Shown here: positions 41,990 to 55,894 of the stretch, one piece after another
Layout: every line of letters begins with the position of its first letter
Numbering within the stretch: the stretch's first letter is position 1
NCBI RefSeq assembly: GCF_009914755.1
Contig: NC_060947.1
Reading direction: 5' to 3' (one strand)
From: the human T2T-CHM13v2.0 reference genome, Homo sapiens
Length of the DNA stretch: 64,000 nucleotides
Program-made: the position numbers and the translations under genes
Notes under the pieces: generated by a model
The model's input: only the letters and a program-made list of their open reading frames with translations
What the model was told of the DNA's origin: nothing
The model's database searches: none

Positions 41990-44900
41990 CTTTGTTTTTG
42001 CTTTAATTTTCAATTTTTAATTTTTGTGCGTACAGAGTAGGTACACATATTTATGAGGCACATGAGACACTCTGATACAGGCACATAATGCACAATAATC
42101 ACATCAGGATAAATAGGGAATCCATGAACCCAAGCATCTATCTTTTCCTTGTGTTACAAATGATCCAGTTATACTCTTTCAGTTTTTAAAATGTATAATA
42201 AATTATTGTTGACCATAGTCACCCTGGTTGCACTGTCAAATAGTAGACCTTATTCATTGACTCTATCTATATTTTTGTACCCATTAACCATCCCCATCCT
42301 CCCTACCCTACCCATTATCCTTCCCAGTCTCTTATAATCATGGTTCTACTCTATCTCCATGAGTTCAATTGTTTTAATTTTTAGCTCCCACTAGTAAGTG
42401 AGAACATGCAAAGTTTGTCCTTCTGTGCCTGGCTCATTTCACTTAAAATAATGTCATCCAGTTATATTTAAGTTGTCGCAAATGAAAGGATCTCATTCTT
42501 TTTATAACTGAGTAATACTCCATTGTGTATATGTGCCACCTTTTCTTTATCCATTCATCTGTCAACGGACACATAAGTTGCTTCCAAATCTTGGCTATTG
42601 TGAATAGTGCTGCAATAAACACAGGAGTGCAGCTATCTCTTTGATATATCCATTTTCTTTTGGATATGTACCCAGCAGTAGGGTGGCTGGATCACATATA
42701 TGTAAGCTCTATTTTTAGTTTCTTTGAGGAACCTCCCAACTGTTCTTTTTAGTGGTTGTACTAATTTACCATACCACCAAGAGTGTATGAGGGTTCCCGT
42801 TTCTCCACATCCTCGCCAGCATGTTATTGCCTGTCTTTGGATAAAAGCCATTTTATTTATATATATTTATTTGTATCTTCTCTCTTATTTTCTTAATCTC
42901 ACTAATGGTCAATTAATTTTGTTTATATTTTCAAAAAACCAGCTTTTTGTTTCATTTATCTTTAATTTTTTGTTTCAATTTCATTTAGTTCTGCTCTGAT
43001 CTTTGATTTTTTTTTTCTTCTGCTGGGTTTGGGTTTGGATTTTGTTTCTCTAGTTCCATTAGGTGTGAGCTTAGATGGTCTATTTGTGCTTTCAGACTTT
43101 TTGATGTAGGCCTTTAATGTTAGGAACTTTCCTTTTAGCACTGCTTTTGCTGTTTGATAGTTTGTATCACTATTATCATCCAGTTTAAAGAATTTTCTAA
43201 ATTTCCATCTTGATTTTCACTGTTGACTCAAAGATCATTCAGGAGAAGACTATTTAATTTTCATGTATTTGTATAGTTTTGAGGGTTCCTTTTAGAGTGA
43301 ATTTTCAATCTTATTCCACTGTGGTCTGAGAGAGAACTTGATAGAATTTTCATTTTCTTAAATTTATTGAGACTTGTTTTGTGGCCTATCATATGATCTA
43401 TCTTGGAGAATGTTCTATGTGCTGATAAAAAATGTATATTCTGCAGTTGTTGGGTAGAATGTTCTGTAAATATCTGTTTAGTTCATTTGTTCTAGGGTAC
43501 ACTTTAAGTCAGTTGTTTTTTTGTTGACTTTCTGTCTTGATGACCTGTCTCGTGCTGTCAGTGAAGTATTGAATTTCCCCACTGTTATTGTTTTGCTGTG
43601 TGTCTCATTTCTTAGGTCTAGTGTAATTGTTTTATAAATTTGGGAGCTCCTGTGTTAAGTGCATATATATTTAGGATTGTGATATTTTCATGTTGGACTG
43701 ATATATTTATCATTATATAATGCCCCTCTTTGTCTTTTTTCACTTTTGTTGCTTTAAAGTCTGTTTTGTCTGATATAAGAATAACTACTCCTGCTTGCTT
43801 TTGGTTTTCATTTGCATGGAATATCTTTTTCCACCCCTTTACCTTAAGTTCATATGAGTCCTTATGTGTTAGGTGAGTCTCTTGAAGACAGCAAATAGTT
43901 GGTGGTTGGATTTTTGTCCATCCTGCCATTCTGTATTTTTTAAGTGGAACATTTAGGCTACTTACATTCAGTGTTAGTGTTGAGAGATTTTTTTCATCAT
44001 GCTAATTGTTGTGTGAGTACTTTTTTTAAAATTGTGTTATTGTTTTATAGGTCCTCTGAGGTTTATGCTTTAAGAAGGTTCTATTTTGGTGTATTTCAAA
44101 GTTATGTTTTAAGATTTAGAACTCCTTTTAGCATTTCTTACAGTGCTGGCTTGGTAGTGGGGAATTGTCTCCACATTTGTTTGTCTCAAAAAGACTTTAT
44201 CTGTCCTTCATTTATGAAGCTTAGTTTCACTGGATACAAAATTCTTAGCTTATTTTTTTTTGTTTTTGTTTACTGAGGTTAAAGATAGTACCCCAATCTC
44301 TTCTGGCTTGTAGGGTCTCTGCTGAGAAGTCTGCTGTTAATCTGACAGGTTTTATACATCTATATCTATATCTATATATCTGTATGTATATATATATATA
44401 TACAGATATATATGTGTATATATACACACATACAGATATGTATATATATCTGTATATATACACATACAGATATATAGATATAGATATATATACACATATA
44501 TATCTGTATGTATATATAGATATAGATATAGATATAGATATAGATATAGATATATCCCAATTTGAAATGAAGAAGTCAATGTATCCATCTTTGCAGATGT
44601 TATGATGTTACATTTGGAAAAACCTAAGGACTTCACCAAAAAATCCCATTAGACCTAATAAACAAATTATGTACAGTTGCAGGATACGAAATCAACACAC
44701 AAAAATCAGTAGCATTTCTAAATGCCAACAGTGAACAATCAGAGAAAGAAATCGAAAACTTATTTGAGGGAATAATTGAGGAAAACTTCCCTGGCCTTGC
44801 TAGAGATCTAGACATCCAACTACAAGAGGCTCAAAGAACAGCCAGGAAATTTGTCACAAAAAGATCATCACCTAGGCACATGGTCATCAGGTTACATAAA

Positions 44901-47040
44901 ATCAAGACAAAGGAAAGAATCTTAAGAGCTGTGAGGCAAAAGCATCAGGTAACTATATATATATATTTACATATATATGTAGATTTATATATGTACATTT
45001 TTTCAGTCTTCTTGAGTTTCTTTCATCAATATTTCATAGTTTTCATTGTAGAGAGCTTTCACTTGTTTAAGTTAATCCCTGTGTAGTTTATTATGTTTGT
45101 GACTACTGTGAATGGGATTACTTTCTTGATTTCTTTCTCAGATTGTTCACTATTGGCATTTAGAAATGCTACTGATTTCTGTGTGTTGATTTTGTATCCT
45201 GCAACTGTACATAATTTATTTATTAGGTCTAATGGGATTTTTTGGTGAAGTCTTTAGGTTTTTCCAAATGTAACATCATATCATCTGCAAAGATGGATAA
45301 ATTGACTTCTTTATTTCAAATTGGGATGCCCTTTATGTCTTTCTCTTGTCTGATTGCTCTAGCTAGGGCTTTTAGTAGTATGTTGAATAACAGTGGTAAA
45401 AGTGGACATCTTTGTCGTGTACCAGATTTAGAGGAAAGCCTTTCAGTTTTTTTCCCATTAAGTGTTATATTAGCTGTGATTCTCTCATATATGGCTTTTA
45501 TTATGCTGAGGTATGTTTCAATCCCCAGTATTTTGACACTTGCTGTCATGAAGGTATGTTGAATTTTATCAAATGCTTTTTTAGCATCATCTGAAATTAT
45601 CATATGGTTTTTGTCCTTCATTCCATTGATATGATGTATTACATTGATCGATTTGCATCTGTTGAACCATCTTTGCATCCCTGGGATAAATTCCACTTGG
45701 TCATGATGAATGATCTTTTTAATGTGTTCATGAATTCATTTTTTTAGTATTTTGTTGAGTAGTTTTGCATCAATGTTCATCAGGGATATTGGCCTATAGT
45801 TTTCTTTTTTTGGTGTGTCTTTGTCCAGTTTTGGTACCAGTGTACTATTGGCCTTGTATAATCAGTTTGGAAGTATTTCCTCCTTCTTTTCTGCTTCAGA
45901 ATACTTTGACATAGGATTTGTATTAGTTCTTCTTTAAATGTTTGATAAAATTGAGCAGTGAAGCCCATCAGGTCCTGGCATTTCTTTGCTGGAAGACTCT
46001 GTTGCAGCTTTGTTCTCATTACTTGTTTTTTGTCTGCTCAGGTTTTGGATTTCTCCATGGTTCAATATTTGTAAGTTGTATCTGTCTAGGAATTTATCAA
46101 TTTCTTCTGGGTTTTCCAATTAATTGGCATATAGTTGCTCATAGTAGCCTCTAATGATCTTTTCAATTTTTGTGGTATTGGTTGTAATATCACCTTTTTA
46201 ATCACTGATTTTATTTAATTGGGCCTTCTCTCTGTTTTCTTATTCTGAGCTTAAGTTTGTCCATTCTTTACATCTTTTCAAAAAACCCACTTTTTGTTTC
46301 ATTGATCTTTTTTAGTGTTTTTTTTTCATTTCAATTTAATTTATTTTTGATCTGCCCTTATTTATTTATTTTCTTCTAAGTTTGGGTATGATTTGATCTT
46401 GCTTTTCTAGTTCTTTGAGATGCACCTTTAAGTTGTTTATTTGAAGTTTTTCTAAAAACCTTTTAAGTCACCCTTATAGCTATAAACTTTTATTTTTTAC
46501 TATATATTTCACTGTATCTTATAGGTTTTGGTATATCATATTTCTGTTTTTATTGGTTTAAGAGATTTTTCAATTTTCTTAATTTCTTCGTTGACCCACT
46601 GTTCACTCAGGAGCATATTGTCTTATTTTCATGTGTTTGGATAGCTTCCAAAATTCTTCTTGTTATTGGTTTCCAGTTCTATTCCATTATGTTCAGAAAA
46701 TATATTTGTTATAATTTCATTTTTGAGGAATTTTTAAAGACTTGTTCTGTGTCCTAACATATGGTCTATTCTTGAGAATGATCTATGTGCTGAGGAGAAG
46801 AATGTGTATTCTGCAGGCATTGAATGATATGTTCTGTAAATATCTATTAGATCTATTTGTTCTACAGGGCAACTGAATTCTAATATTTCTTTGTTGATTG
46901 TCTGTTTGTATAATCTGTCCAATGCTGAATGACAGGTCTTGAAGTCTCCAGCAATTATTGTGTTAGGCTCTATTTATTTCTTTAGCTCTAATAATTTTTG
47001 CCTTATATATCTGGGTGCTCCAGCGGTTGTTGCATATATC
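41990..47040 (-). mobile_element. Mosaic of at least two L1 (L1MA/L1PB) elements with an internal inversion and TA-rich array
   Basis: 3' end at about 42000; EN domain present twice (43618-43929 and 46734-46922); RT 45316-45696; plus-strand pieces at 44554-44953. Confidence 0.85.
44354..44553. repeat. (TA/TAGA/CA)-rich simple repeat
   Basis: tatatctatatc...atatagatatagatatag. Confidence 0.9.
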
Positions 47041-47879
47041 TTCTTCACCCCCTTCTTAACTTTTGGAGTTAATTCATGTCGCTGCTACAATTAAACTTGA
47101 TAAGAATCACCTATTGTGCCAGAATTTTCAATGCTGTGGCTGCTCAATGGTTGCCTTTGGCCAACTGTATGGCAAAAAGTCTAAGTGCTAAAGTAATTAT
47201 TTCTCCTTAGGTTTCCGTCAGATTACTATATAAGTAAAGATAATTTTTGCTCCACCTTTCCCCTTTATCTTTTTCCCCAGTATATTTGTAACAATCCCTA
47301 CTGCAAACATTTGAACTCTGGCAAAATGGGTGTCTTACTCCCAGGAGTTAATAAGCATAAGAATCCATTTGGGCCCTGTTGCTCTAGTGGATAAATTTTG
47401 TCCTAGCATCAAGGTTGTTCTTTTTAAAATAGCATTATGGCTTTCCACATTTTATAATGGTGCTTTAGGTGAACTAAAACAATGATATCTAGGTAGAAAG
47501 GTCATGCAGTAAAACATTACTCTTTTTTGTTATTAATGTCAATTGTTATTAAGAAAGCTTGAGCATAACACTGAAAGTTCCTTCTCCATTGTATAGAAAT
47601 TGACTTTTAGTCTGTTCCACCTTTATCACCATCAAACATATTGCAAATAAAATATTAGAAGCATATGTATAGAAGGGATCATGGGAAATCATCTAGTCCA
47701 TCCATGTAAGGACTGTTTGTGAATTGTCCCAGAAATATTATTATCAATTTTCTCTTAGTAAATTCTCCAAGGAAAGAAATATACAACCTCCTTTGGTAAT
47801 ATGCTGCAGTAATACTTTATTCCTTGTTGTCCTAGACTCTGCGTCTAAGATTACAGAAATCTGGCTGACCATTGAAGGA

Positions 47880-49042
47880 TTTCTTTCTTTTTTATTTATT
47901 TAATTTTTTATTATACTTTAAGTTTTAGGGTACATGTGCACAACGTGCAGGTTTGTTACATATGTATACATGTGCCATGTTGGTGTGCTGCACCCATTAA
48001 CTCGTCATTTAACATTAGGTATATCTCCTAATGCTATCCCTCCCCCCTCCCCCCACCCCACAACAGGCCCCGGTGTGTGATGTTCCCCTTCCTGTGTCCA
48101 TGTGTTCTCATAGTTCAATTCCCATCTATGAGTGAGAACATGCGGTGTTTGGCTTTTTGTCCTTGCGATAGTTTGCTGAGAATGATGGTTTCCAGTTTCA
48201 TCCATGTCCCTACAAAGGACATGAACTTATCCTTTTTTATGACTGCATAGTATTCCATGGTGTATATGTGCCACATTTTCTTAATCCAGTCTATCATTGT
48301 TAGACATTTGGGTTGGTTCCAAGTCTTTGCTATTGTGAATAGTGCCGCAATAAATATACATGTGCATGTGTCTTTATAGCAGCATATTTTATAGTCTTTT
48401 GGGTATATGCCCAGTAATGGGATGGCTGGGTCAAATGGTATTTCTAGTTCCAAATGCCTGAGGAATCGCCACACTGACTTCCACAATGGTTGAACTATTT
48501 TACAGTCCCACCAACAGTGTAAAAGTGTTCCTATTTCTCCACATCCTGTCCAGCACTTGTTGTTTCCTGACTTTTTAATGATTGTCATTCCAACTGGTGT
48601 GAGATGGTATCTCATTGTGGTTTTGATTTGCATTTCTCTGATTGCCAGTGATGATGAGCATTTTTTCATGTGTCTTTTGGCTGCATAAATGTCTTCTTTT
48701 GAGAAGTGTCTGTTCATATCCTTCACCCACTTTTTGATGGGGTTGTTTGTTTTTTTTCTTGTAAATTTGTTTGAGTTCATTGCAGATTCTGGATATTAGC
48801 CCTTTGTCAGATGAGTAGATTGCAAAAATTTTCTCCCATTCTGTAGGTTGCCTGTTCACTCTGATGGTGGTTTCTTTTGCTGTGCAGAAGCTCTTTAGTT
48901 TAATTAGATCTGATTTGTCAATTTTGGCTTTTGTTGCCATTGCTTTTGTTGTTTTAGTCATGAAGTCCTTGCCCATGCCTATGTCCTGAATGGTATTGCC
49001 TAGGTTTTCTTCTAGGGTTTTTATGGTTTTAGGTCTAACATT
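47880..49042 (-). mobile_element. 5'-truncated young L1PA (about L1PA3-5), 1.15 kb
   Basis: Intact-looking 3'UTR and ORF2 C-terminus (48115-48976). Confidence 0.92.
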
Positions 49043-49429
49043 TTCTTTTTACCTCTTTTTTTTGTGGTGAAGTGGGAGATCAGATTCTTGAAACTGTGGA
49101 AGCAGGGGAAATCAAGCACCATACAATACATGGAGAGCCAGTAGTTATCAATTTAATATATATTTCCTAAGTACCCACTGATAAAATACTCAACTCTGTA
49201 GAGAACAAGGCCTTAATTCTGAAAGAGCTAATTTTGTTTTGAAAAGCTTAAAATAAGTCTGATGATTTTTTTTTTCTTTTCTACCTCTCTTCTCTTTTTA
49301 GGAAGCTTTCTGTGTATTGCTTCTGCCTGTGGATCAGTACAGTGTAAGATCATGTGATAAGGGGAATATTCCTATATGAAACTCAAGACATACTGAATTA
49401 AAACCAATTTTAAAATTAGTGTTTTAAAC

Positions 49430-49710
49430 TTTTTTTTTTCTTTGCGATAGGGTCACGCTCTGTGTTCCAGGCTAGATTGCAGTGATGCAGTCACAGCTCA
49501 CTACAGCCTCCAACTTCTGGGCTCAAGCAATCTTCCCATCTCAGTACCCTCCCTAGTACCAGGTCTGACTGATTAAAAAAAACTTTTTTTTGTAGAAATG
49601 GGATCTTGCTATGTTGCCCAGGCTGGTCTTGAATTCCTGGCCTCAAGTGACCCTCCAGTCTTGGCCTCCCAATGTGTTGGGATTACAGGTGTGAATCACT
49701 GCACCTGGCC
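49430..49710 (-). mobile_element. AluJ-like
   Basis: gatagggtcacgctctgtgttccaggctag...gtgaatcactgcacctggcc. Confidence 0.85.
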
Positions 49711-51001
49711 AAATTCTTTAGTCAGTAATTCCCTAAAGCTCAAGTATTGGGAGTTGTTCATTCATGATAGTTGATAGTGTTATAAATGAAGAAAATTACA
49801 TGACATGGCTAATGTAATACCCAATGCAATGCTTTAAAAGGTTCAATTTCCAGAAAAATTTTATCATAAAACTTTGAATTATACTGCTTGTTGTTGTAGA
49901 AGAAATATCACTGTTTTAGAACTCTATACTTAATGCTGTGACTTTTTAATGTAGTTTACTGCTAACTTGTTAGAAATCTTTGTCATCATCAGTATGCTAA
50001 TCAACCAGGAAACCCTGTGTTGGGGCGTAAAGGGCCTTAGGGAAATGGGTTAACCTTTGTTTCATCCCATTCCCCAACCCCAGTCACCACGTAAGAAAGA
50101 AATGACCTTAACTCTACTTCCTAGGAATGCTAGTTAGATTTTTAAAATGTGATTAATAGCAAGAGCTTTGAATTTCTTTGAAAGAAAGGATTTTTTTTTC
50201 ATTAGCAGCCCAAAATAATTTGTTAAAACTCTAATGTGACTTCTTTAAAACACAATTTATAATGTCAGGAAGACAAGCTGAGGCACAAGTTACGTGCTTA
50301 ACCCAAAACCATATAATTGGAGGCAATACTAAGAGTAAATCAAGAATAGATACTAGAAGGCATTATTTCAGGTCACAATTACCCTGTGAGATTAAGATGG
50401 TTTGTATTTACTAACTTCATTGTATACAAAAAGTTTATTTTGAGCCTCACTTATGATTCCACTGCATTTTTCTTAAACTACATTTTTGGATATGGTATAA
50501 TAAATGGATTATGAATCATCCTTTGTTCAATCTTTTTTGTTGTTGTTGTTTTTGTCAATAGTCTTTTCTCCTTCTTTTTCCTCAACTCTGGAGTTGGGAA
50601 CACTTTTTTTTTTCCCCCTAAGTCACTAGAGAAACCACGAAGGAGGCGCTATTTCTTCTTGGAGTTTGCTGATTAAAAGCTAACTCAACCTCAGTCTTTT
50701 CTAAAAAAAAGGTGATGGTTCAGATAATTGCTTGATGAATGATATGTGAAACAAAGATGGCTTTCTCATAAAAACTCCGGACAAATAGAGACTATATTTC
50801 ACTCAATACTCAGGCCTTCTTTCAAGCCTTTCAAGTCTGAGGTAAGCTCTGACATCTCCAGTACCAATTTTATTTTTTTTTAACCAGCTCTTTAGCCATG
50901 GAAAAGCATTAATTTTTTCTTTCAACAAAAATAAAATTTGATAAGATCTTCAGTATTAGGGGAATAACTGTTTTAGCATAGAGCAGGAGATTATTTATAT
51001 A

Positions 51002-51425
51002 TTTTCTTTTTAATTTTTATAATTTAGGGGGTACAAATGCAGTTTTCTTACATCGCTATATTACATCGTGCACTCATCATCTAAATAGTGTACTTTGTAC
51101 CCAATAGATAAATTTTCATCTCTCACCCCCCTTCCACCCTCTCACCTTTAATAGTCTCCATTGCCTATTATTTAACTCTGCATGACTATGTGTATTCTTT
51201 GTTTAGCTCTCATGTATAAGTGGGAACATGCAGTATTTGACTTTCGTTTCTGTGTTAATTCACTTAGGATAATGGGAAATTGCATCCATGTTACTGCAGA
51301 GGACATGATTTCATTCTTTTTTGTGGCTAAGTAGTATTCCATGGTGTATATTTTTATCACAGTTTCTTTATCCAATCATCCACTGATGGACACGGGTTGA
51401 TTCTGTGACTTGGCTATTGTGAATA
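51002..51425 (-). mobile_element. L1PB/L1MA 3' end
   Basis: gggggtacaaatgcagt...gtagtattccatggtgtata; MDKETV..YTMEYY fragment. Confidence 0.75.
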
Positions 51426-52364
51426 ACACAATAGCTAGATCCAATTAATTTTATATAATTAAGACTAAGGAAACACAATGATCCTAGTTGAAATGTTAAC
51501 CAATATTATGGGTCACTACTAATTATATTGTAAATAAATCCCAGTCCTCTGAAAGAAGAATGATACCTTGACCTAAGTGTTGGCAGTACATTATTTCTTC
51601 TTCTGAAGAATGATTTCTTTTTACCTCACATAGCTTTCATTTCTGTGGTAAGAACATTAAACATCTACTCTCATCATTTTTTATTAGTACAATATATCAT
51701 CATTAACTGTAATCACCATGCTATGTACAATAGATCTCTTAAAGTTATTCTTCCTATCTAACGGTAGTTTTATGTCCTTTGACCAACAACTCCCCAACCA
51801 CCTCCCATTGGCACCTCTAATAATTATTCAGATAGGTTGTTCCATTGTTAGACAACTCTAGTTAGTACAAAGGATTTAAATTTAATTTAAAATTAAACCA
51901 AAATGTGGTTCTTTCTAACATCTACCCAGTGGTTTGGATTTTTGTATTCTGAAGTAAATCTTCTCCTTGCTATTAGAGCACTTCACCTAAGGTAAGATCC
52001 CTGGCATGTCTCCTTGCAGTTTTCTGAAAACAGCTTTTGATTATCTGTCTAAAGATTGAACGTTCCTAGTTCTTTCAAACATTCTATATGGTGCATATAT
52101 TTTATGCCCTTTACAATCTTGGCTGCCAGCTTCTAATTTGAGCCTCCCTAATATTTTTAAAGTGTTTAATCCAAAAGTCTTAAGTGTAAGTCTTCAGTGT
52201 AGTCTTGGATATATTTATATATATATATATATCTATATATATATATCTATATCTCTCTCTCTATATATATATATATAATTTTTGTTATATTTTGTTTATA
52301 TTTTATCTATTTATTTTATGTATTTATATTTTATTTATATTTATATTTTATTAATATTTATATT

Positions 52365-52700
52365 TAAGGTGGGCCCTAAATGTAATAACAACGGTCTTTT
52401 TAGTAGAAAGGCAGAGGGAAAATTTTTGACATAAAGGGAAATAGGAGGTATGATGATGTAAACAAGAGGTTGGAGTGATGTGAGGAAAGAGTCATGAGCC
52501 AAGAAATGTAGATGGGCTCTGAAAACTAGAAAAGACAAGGAAAATAGAATCTCTCCTAGAGCCCTCAGAAGGAAAGAGTTTTACCACCACCTTGGTTTTA
52601 GCCCTGTAAGACTAATTTCAAGCTCTGACCTTTAGAACCGTGTTGTTTCAAGCCACTAAATTTGTGGTGATTTGTTAGAATGACAATAGGAAACTTAATA
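52365..52700 (+). mobile_element. MLT1 LTR preceded by TA-rich low-complexity DNA (52210-52360)
   Basis: ggtgggccctaaatgtaat...tctctcctagagccctcagaagga...aagccactaaatttgtggtgatttgtta. Confidence 0.7.
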
Positions 52701-53817
52701 GAGTTGTTGGCTATGCCATTGTTAAGTCATTTATCCTTGTGCAGTTCACTTAACTCTGTCACTGCTTTTGTTCCTTTTAAGTAAGGTTGAGCTTAACATT
52801 GCCCATATTACAGATCTTTCAAGATTGTCATAAGAATTGTGAAGTTGTATCTGAAATAAATACATTGGACTTTTCTAAAGAATGATATTCTTATGAAAAA
52901 ATGGAGCATCAAAAATCAGTTACTGAGTCATTGTTTGTTAGACCTGACACCAGTTAGAAACATGGTGGAAAGTTTTCAATCACTTTATGGATTTGAAATG
53001 GCCACATTTTATTTTGATCTACAGAAGATTTCCAGATCCATTGCTAAAGCGATCAGTTAGTTTCCTATTTAACAGTTGCATTTTTGTATTTTTCTTAAAA
53101 ACAAACAAAATGTTCTGTTCTGCACAGTTTCTAACCCCTATGCCCTTACTTTGCTGGGTCTATTTGAGAACAGGGGGCCTGTCTCATCACTTGGAAAACC
53201 TTAGAGTTCAAGTCTGTGCGAAGAATGTGCAAAAATTCTTGTACTGTTGGGACTGTTGACTGCTTCCTAGCCTAAAGGAAATCAGTTGCCTAAAGGAAAT
53301 CAGTTGTCTTATGTTTTTACATTTGCTTTAGAAATGATTTCTTTTTTGCTTGCTATCTTGATAAATCTCTAAAAGACATAATGATTCCATTTGCTTTTTA
53401 AGTTTTAAATAATAATAACATTTACTTGCAAATACTGTTAAAATAATATAATTTTATCTATTTTTATTTGTTATTTTATAATTCTTGTAAGCCGAATGTG
53501 CTGTTACATAGCCTAAACCAAGAATGGGATAAGTACATTGGTGAACTAATGCCTGAAGTATTAACCCATATGATAACATACTTCATTTCTTTCTTGGATT
53601 TCTGCACTGTCTGGTGAATTTACACAAGTTATTACAAAATAAACTGTGACCACGATGCTTCTTGTTCTCTCATATATTGCAGTTTGTATGCAGTTTTAGA
53701 CACCAGGGCTTAAAAAAATTATAGTGATTTCATGTAAGTATGTATAGTCCTTTTCTAGTGGTGGTTCATATGAATGGGTTTAAATAGAAAAATGTTCCAT
53801 GTAAGGAGCCATAGTAT

Positions 53818-54443
53818 TGTCAACTAAAAATATCAAACTCTAATATTTATGAAGAGGTTTATTCTGAACCATATCTAAGTGACCAATGGCCCATGACACA
53901 ACCTTCAGGAGATCATGAAAACATGTGCCCATGTTGGTGGTTGGACTCCAGCTTGGTTTTATATATTTTAGGTAGACATAAGACACCAGTTAATACATGT
54001 AAGATGTACATTGGTTCGGTCCAGAAAGGCAGAACAACTGGAAGCAGGTGCTGGGAGCGGGGACAGCTTCCAGGTCATAGGCAGATTCAAAGATTTTCTG
54101 ATTGGCAATTGATTGAAAGAGTTACTATCTACAGATCTGGAATCAATAGAAAGGAATGTCTGGGTTAAGATAAGGGGTTGTAGAGACCAAAGTTTTCTCA
54201 TGCAGATGAAGCCACTAGGTAGCATGCTTCAGAGAGAATAGCTTGTAAATGTTTCTTATCAAATTTAAAGAGCCTGTTCTATTGGTAATTTTAAAAGGGA
54301 GGAAGGTATAATGAGGCATGACCAGTTCTCCCTTCCCATCATGGCCTGAACTAGATTTTCAGGTTAACTTTGGAATGCCCCTAGCCAAGAGGAGGGGTCC
54401 ATTTAGATGGCTGGGGGGCTTTGAATTTTATTTTTGGTCTACA
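53818..54443 (-). mobile_element. MER4-group ERV1 solo LTR
   Basis: Minus strand begins TGTAGACCAAAAATAAAATTC..CCCCCC; TG..CA termini; 4-bp TSD GTAT at 53814-53817 and 54444-54447. Confidence 0.85.
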
Positions 54444-54893
54444 GTATATAGTTAATTCACATTACTTTGTTCATATGTTTTGGTCTACAGTATATAGTTA
54501 ATTCACATTACTTTGTTCATATGTAACATTACTTTGTTACATATAATGTAAATTCATTTCTCAACACAGTGACATTAAGAGCTCTTTGCCACAAATGACT
54601 TATAGCTGTGACATATGAGCTATAGCTTGTGAGTTACACACAGCATCTAGAGGGTTCAAAATTCGATATTACTGAAGTTTGGAAATCTTGAGTGTCCTGA
54701 GTAGAATGACAGTCCTCTTTTACAAAGAACCTAGAAAATTGGATAGCTCCTTTTTAAGGAAGTCTGTGATCCATTAATGTCTCTGCTCCCTAGAATTTGT
54801 GTCCAGAGGCTGTGGAGCAAGTGTCCATGATTAAACAACATGGAGTTATTAGTAATTAAGGAGATTCTGAAATGGGAGAAGTTCCGTATACTC

Positions 54894-55688
54894 CTTACAG
54901 GATGTGCCATGGGGGTGTGGCTCACTTTTTCGGTGGCCCGCCACTCAAACCTCTGGGGGGAGCATGCATATGGGCAGGCTGTGGGACTCTGACCCCACAA
55001 CAGTGTCTTGGGGTGAATGTTTACAGCTGAAGCCCCAGTGGGCGTGTGTTACAGTATGCTCTTTCAGTTTAGCCATCTGTAGGTGCCTTGTGTTAGTCAG
55101 CTCAATTAGACCCCACCCTGCCTTATCACAAGGACAGAGTGCTTTCTGTATCCTGGGGTTTCTTGCCTTGGTGTACCAGAAGAATCGGATCACATGTGAG
55201 CTTGGAGAATGATTGCAAGGTTTTATTGAGGGGAAGTAGCTCTCAGCAGATGGTTGGGGAGCCAGAAGGGAGATGGAGTGGGAAGGTGGTTTTCCCCTGG
55301 ATTCAGGCTGCTCAGTGGCCGGGCTGTCCTCTGACTGCCCTGGCCAAACTCCATGTCGTTCTGCTGGTTGGTGGCTTGCCAGTGACTGTTGGTGTGCTCT
55401 TACACTAGTGTGTTCCTTTCAACATCCAGCTGCTTGTGTGTTCTTCCACCTTTGTGTTCCTCTTGATGTCCAGGCGCTTGTATGCGTGCCCAGTAGGGTC
55501 TCAGGGTTTTTATGGGCACAGGATGGGGGCATGATGGGCCAAGGTGGTCTTGGGAAATGCAGCATTTGGGCAGGAAAACAGAAATACTTGTCCTCACCTA
55601 GGTCTGTGGGCACAGGCCCAGGGATAGAGCCCTAGCCAGGGACCACAACCTTTCCTTCCCAGCGCTTCCATGCTCCTCTTCTGTATCA
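54894..55688 (-). mobile_element. ERV1 LTR (LTR1/LTR28/MER52 group)
   Basis: GC-richer block; minus strand begins TGATACAGAAGAGGAGC...GGGCCTGTGCCCACAGACCTAGGTGAGGAC. Confidence 0.7.
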
Positions 55689-55894
55689 ATTCTAGGCATA
55701 TGTCGTAGTGGAAGGGACATTGAACTTGCAGTATGAAGTTCAGAGGTTGAGTGTGAATTCCACCATTCATAGCTGTGTTGCAGGTCCCTTCATTTCTGTG
55801 AACCTCAGTGACCTCAACTCAAAAATGACTATACATTATAATACTACTCCCCTACCTATTCCATAAAGTTGTCATAGTGAAAGAGATTATATAT

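Noticed and set aside
44245-44639. Tyr/Ile-rich ORFs
   Set aside because: Translation of TA-rich simple repeat
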